Source: Candidatus Babelota bacterium
GTDB lineage: Bacteria; Babelota; Babeliae; Babelales; Vermiphilaceae
Direction of reading: 5' to 3'
DNA: 32,000 nucleotides
Assembly: GCA_039809905.1 (NCBI GenBank)
Contig: JBDHVY010000001.1
Location: 990,001-1,022,000, forward strand
Shown piece after piece: positions 29,898 to 32,000 of the stretch (the first letter of the stretch is position 1; every line of letters starts with the position of its first letter). The notes below the pieces were generated by a model. It did not search any database, was not told the DNA's origin, and saw only the letters and a list, made by a program, of their open reading frames with translations. The position numbers and the translations under genes were made by a program.

Positions 29898-30278
29898 TTA
29901 ATTAGCGTTTTGTGGTTTTTTATCTATAAGAATTAACGTAGAGTGGCTTTGTTGTAGTTCATTGTAATATTTTGTTAAGGATGCATCATCTCCTGTTGTT
30001 GCGATACCTATAAATGTGCATACATCAAAATATTTGGTTCTTTTGCCATATTCATTTAATGCGTATATTTCGTATAAAAAATCATCAGCTTTTAACTTTT
30101 GCTGGGCTTGCTGTAAGAATTCATTTTTTCTCATTTCACCAAGAAAGCATTTTTCATTATGATTAACAGCCCATAACATCCTCTTGCTGAATCTATGATC
30201 AGTTGCTTGGATTGATTGAGGTAAATGAGCGATAGAACCTAAAGTAATTACAGAAAAAAGTATAGATTTTATAGTCAT
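29898..30278 (-). CDS. Small exported protein, divergent member of the three-member family
   Basis: Signal peptide; CFLGEMRKNEFLQQAQQKLKADDFLYEIYALNEYG...CTFIGIATTGDDASLTKYYNEL. Confidence 0.55.
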   Translation of the reverse strand: MTIKSILFSVITLGSIAHLPQSIQATDHRFSKRMLWAVNHNEKCFLGEMRKNEFLQQAQQKLKADDFLYEIYALNEYGKRTKYFDVCTFIGIATTGDDASLTKYYNELQQSHSTLILIDKKPQNAN

Positions 30279-30318
30279 AATGATTCCTTTTCTATTGTAA
30301 TAATTGCTTTTTATTATA

Positions 30319-30346
30319 AATATAGCACAATCGCAGAAAATGTCAA
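30319..30346 (-). promoter_or_regulatory. Candidate sigma70 promoter TTGACA-N16-TATATT
   Basis: Reverse complement CTATTTGACATTTTCTGCGATTGTGCTATATT. Nearly identical from -38 to about -18 to the promoter at 29842-29869. Confidence 0.75.
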
Positions 30347-30398
30347 ATAGAAAACCTTGCGCTGAAAAGAATCATTCAGACGTTGTTTTTGATGCAAG

Positions 30399-30431
30399 AA
30401 AAAAGCCTTATGCAAGGCATAAAGCTTTTTT
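30399..30431 (-). terminator. Rho-independent terminator after the 30460-30807 gene
   Basis: AAAAAAGCCTTATGC (30399-30413) / GCATAAAGCTTTTTT (30417-30431), one mismatch, 3-nt loop. Confidence 0.75.
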
Positions 30432-30459
30432 CATAAATATGGTAAAATTTCAGTATTAT

Positions 30460-30801
30460 TTAACTTTTAGATGGCTCATTTTTGAAGTATTTTGCATGAT
30501 ATTTACCAAATGCTTTTTCTAATTCGGTGTCATCATTTCCTTTTACGAAAACGATTAAATATTTACAATCACCTTTATCATCAGGAAATCTGGTTATGGT
30601 ATGCATGTGTTGTGTTACCGGTTCTCCAAAAATTTTTTCAGCTTCATTAATAAACTCATTTATTTCTGTTCTATACATAAAGCAAACAGATGGATAAGTT
30701 GCTCTAGGAGTAAATGTCCTACAAACTGCGTGGGCTTGCGTGTCAGCTAAAATAATATTCGTTAATCCACATATTAATACTAAAAAAATTGATTTTTTCA
30801 T
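30460..30801 (-). CDS. Small exported protein, member of the three-member family
   Basis: MKKSIFLVLICGLTNIILA leader; CFMYRTEINEFINEAEKIFGEPVTQHMHTITRF...CKYLIVFVKGNDD. The second Met (MKKS) at 30801 is preferred; the track start is 30807. Confidence 0.6.
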   Translation of the reverse strand: MKKSIFLVLICGLTNIILADTQAHAVCRTFTPRATYPSVCFMYRTEINEFINEAEKIFGEPVTQHMHTITRFPDDKGDCKYLIVFVKGNDDTELEKAFGKYHAKYFKNEPSKS

Positions 30802-30843
30802 AATCATATATAATTCCTTAGATAATTAATGTTTCTTTTTTTT

Positions 30844-30872
30844 AAGATACTATAATTTCAAAAAAATACCAA
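30844..30872 (-). promoter_or_regulatory. Candidate promoter TTGGTA-N17-TATCTT
   Basis: Reverse complement CTATTTGGTATTTTTTTGAAATTATAGTATCTT. Same CTATTTG context as the other two. Confidence 0.45.
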
Positions 30873-30958
30873 ATAGAAAAAACATTTCTGTTCTATTGCA
30901 AATAGTATCGATAACAATGTATTTTTTTTAAAATTACTATCGTCAAGAAGGGGATAAA

Positions 30959-32000
30959 ATGAAGTATGCATCGAAAATAGGCATAATGACGGGTGTTGTT
31001 GTATTGTTTTTTATGATACACAGAGGGATTGATGCTTTCGATATCTGGGAAACATACGATAAAGCAAAAAATGCAGCAACCTATGCAAAAGAAAGAGTTT
31101 CTAGTGCTGTTTCAACGGGGATTGAATATTTCACAGGGGGTAAAGAACCAACAGCCATCAGAATTAATCCTTATAAAAATACTGTTGCATATATACGTAA
31201 AGGCAATGAATTAAATCCTCAAGAACGGCAATATAGAGAAAAACGACAACCAAAAGTAAAACAAGCGCTTGAAAAAGTAGTTGGCAGATCATTAAATGAT
31301 TCGCAAGTTCCGCGTATATCAATTGTGGCGAGTGGCGGTGGCTATAGAGCTATGTTAGGAACAATAGGAAGTTTGTTGGCGCTCGAAAAAATCGGAATTC
31401 TTGATGCTGCCATGTATATGGTTGGATTATCTGGTTCAACATGGGCAATAGCTTCATGGTTATCAACGGGAATGTCTTTACAAAATTTTAAAGATTACAT
31501 TCAAAAAACGATAGAAAAAAATATTCGTGTTCGGAGTATAAGTGAAACAAAAAATATTATTGATATGCTTTCGGTGAAACTTGTATTTGATGAACCAATA
31601 ACAACCGTTGATATGTACGGGAGTTTACTTGCAAATCGTTTATTGAGTCATTATGGAACTGATGCGCAAAGAGTTTATCTATCGCAACAAGCTGAACGAA
31701 TCAAAAATGCGGATGTTCCGTATCCTATTTATACGTCAATTGATGCACGCGAAGCAGTTGCGCGAGAGCCGCATTGGTTTGAATACACGGCACATGAAGT
31801 TGGATCGCCCTATTTTGCTGTATATGTTCCGAGCTGGGCATATGGACGTCTTTTTGATAATGGGCAATCAATAAATTTTGCTCCAGAGCAGAGTTTAGGA
31901 TTTTTGATGGGCACATGGGGATCTGCATATGGTGTGCATGTTGCAAGAGCATGGGAAGATATTTCAGAATCTATTCCGGGTACGACTATCAAAAAAGCAA
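30959..32000 (+). CDS. Cytosolic phospholipase A2-like (PLA2_B/lysophospholipase catalytic domain) exported protein, 3' end beyond the window
   Basis: Frame translated by hand from ATG 30959 and open to the window end. IVASGGGYRAMLGTIGSLLALEKIGILDAAMYMVGLSGSTWAIASWLSTG; later HWFEYTAHEVGSPYFAVYVPSWAYGRLFDNG. Upstream AGAAGGGG RBS and N-terminal hydrophobic leader. Confidence 0.85.
   Translation, partial: MKYASKIGIMTGVVVLFFMIHRGIDAFDIWETYDKAKNAATYAKERVSSAVSTGIEYFTGGKEPTAIRINPYKNTVAYIRKGNELNPQERQYREKRQPKVKQALEKVVGRSLNDSQVPRISIVASGGGYRAMLGTIGSLLALEKIGILDAAMYMVGLSGSTWAIASWLSTGMSLQNFKDYIQKTIEKNIRVRSISETKNIIDMLSVKLVFDEPITTVDMYGSLLANRLLSHYGTDAQRVYLSQQAERIKNADVPYPIYTSIDAREAVAREPHWFEYTAHEVGSPYFAVYVPSWAYGRLFDNGQSINFAPEQSLGFLMGTWGSAYGVHVARAWEDISESIPGTTIKKA

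Noticed and set aside
31029-31992. Track ORFs at 31029-31214 (+), 31653-31874 (+), 31725-31952 (-) and 31810-31992 (-)
   Set aside because: All overlap the hand-translated cPLA2-like reading frame (30959 onward), which is far longer and carries catalytic motifs.

Overview
This AT-rich window looks like it comes from a reduced-genome, host-associated bacterium. I suspect Candidatus Dependentiae/TM6 from the gene style, but that is inference only. Housekeeping genes supported by recognisable motifs: dnaJ plus a second J-domain protein, tilS, gyrB, tadA, a DksA/TraR-type zinc-finger protein, rpsI, glmS, an S41 C-terminal processing peptidase, an FtsB/DivIC-like protein, Fe/Mn superoxide dismutase and lysS. 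Also present are a TVP38/TMEM64-like membrane protein, an IscU/SufU scaffold, a NurA-type nuclease and a TonB/TolA C-terminal protein. Between them sit many short signal-peptide proteins, several in paralogous clusters (2.5-3.4 kb, 19.6-21.7 kb, 28.8-30.8 kb). Main points of interest: (1) a compact putative polymorphic-toxin/poly-immunity operon at about 8.5-10.8 kb. The toxin-like ORF has no ATG start and is followed by four small genes. Three of these carry five divergent copies of one ~55-aa immunity-like domain, and the last three genes overlap by 8 nt each. (2) An ORF missed by the supplied track, 30959..>32000 (+), encoding an apparently eukaryotic-type cytosolic phospholipase A2 (SGGGYRAM and GLSGSTW motifs). 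(3) Near-consensus sigma70 promoters sharing a CTATTTGACA -35 context upstream of several exported-protein genes. (4) A CIRCE-like inverted repeat upstream of the J-protein/dnaJ pair. (5) An unexplained GC-richer, foldable intergenic element at about 6.74-6.86 kb. (6) A dispersed intergenic repeat with two copies 7 kb apart. All family names come from motif recognition by eye; no database search was run.
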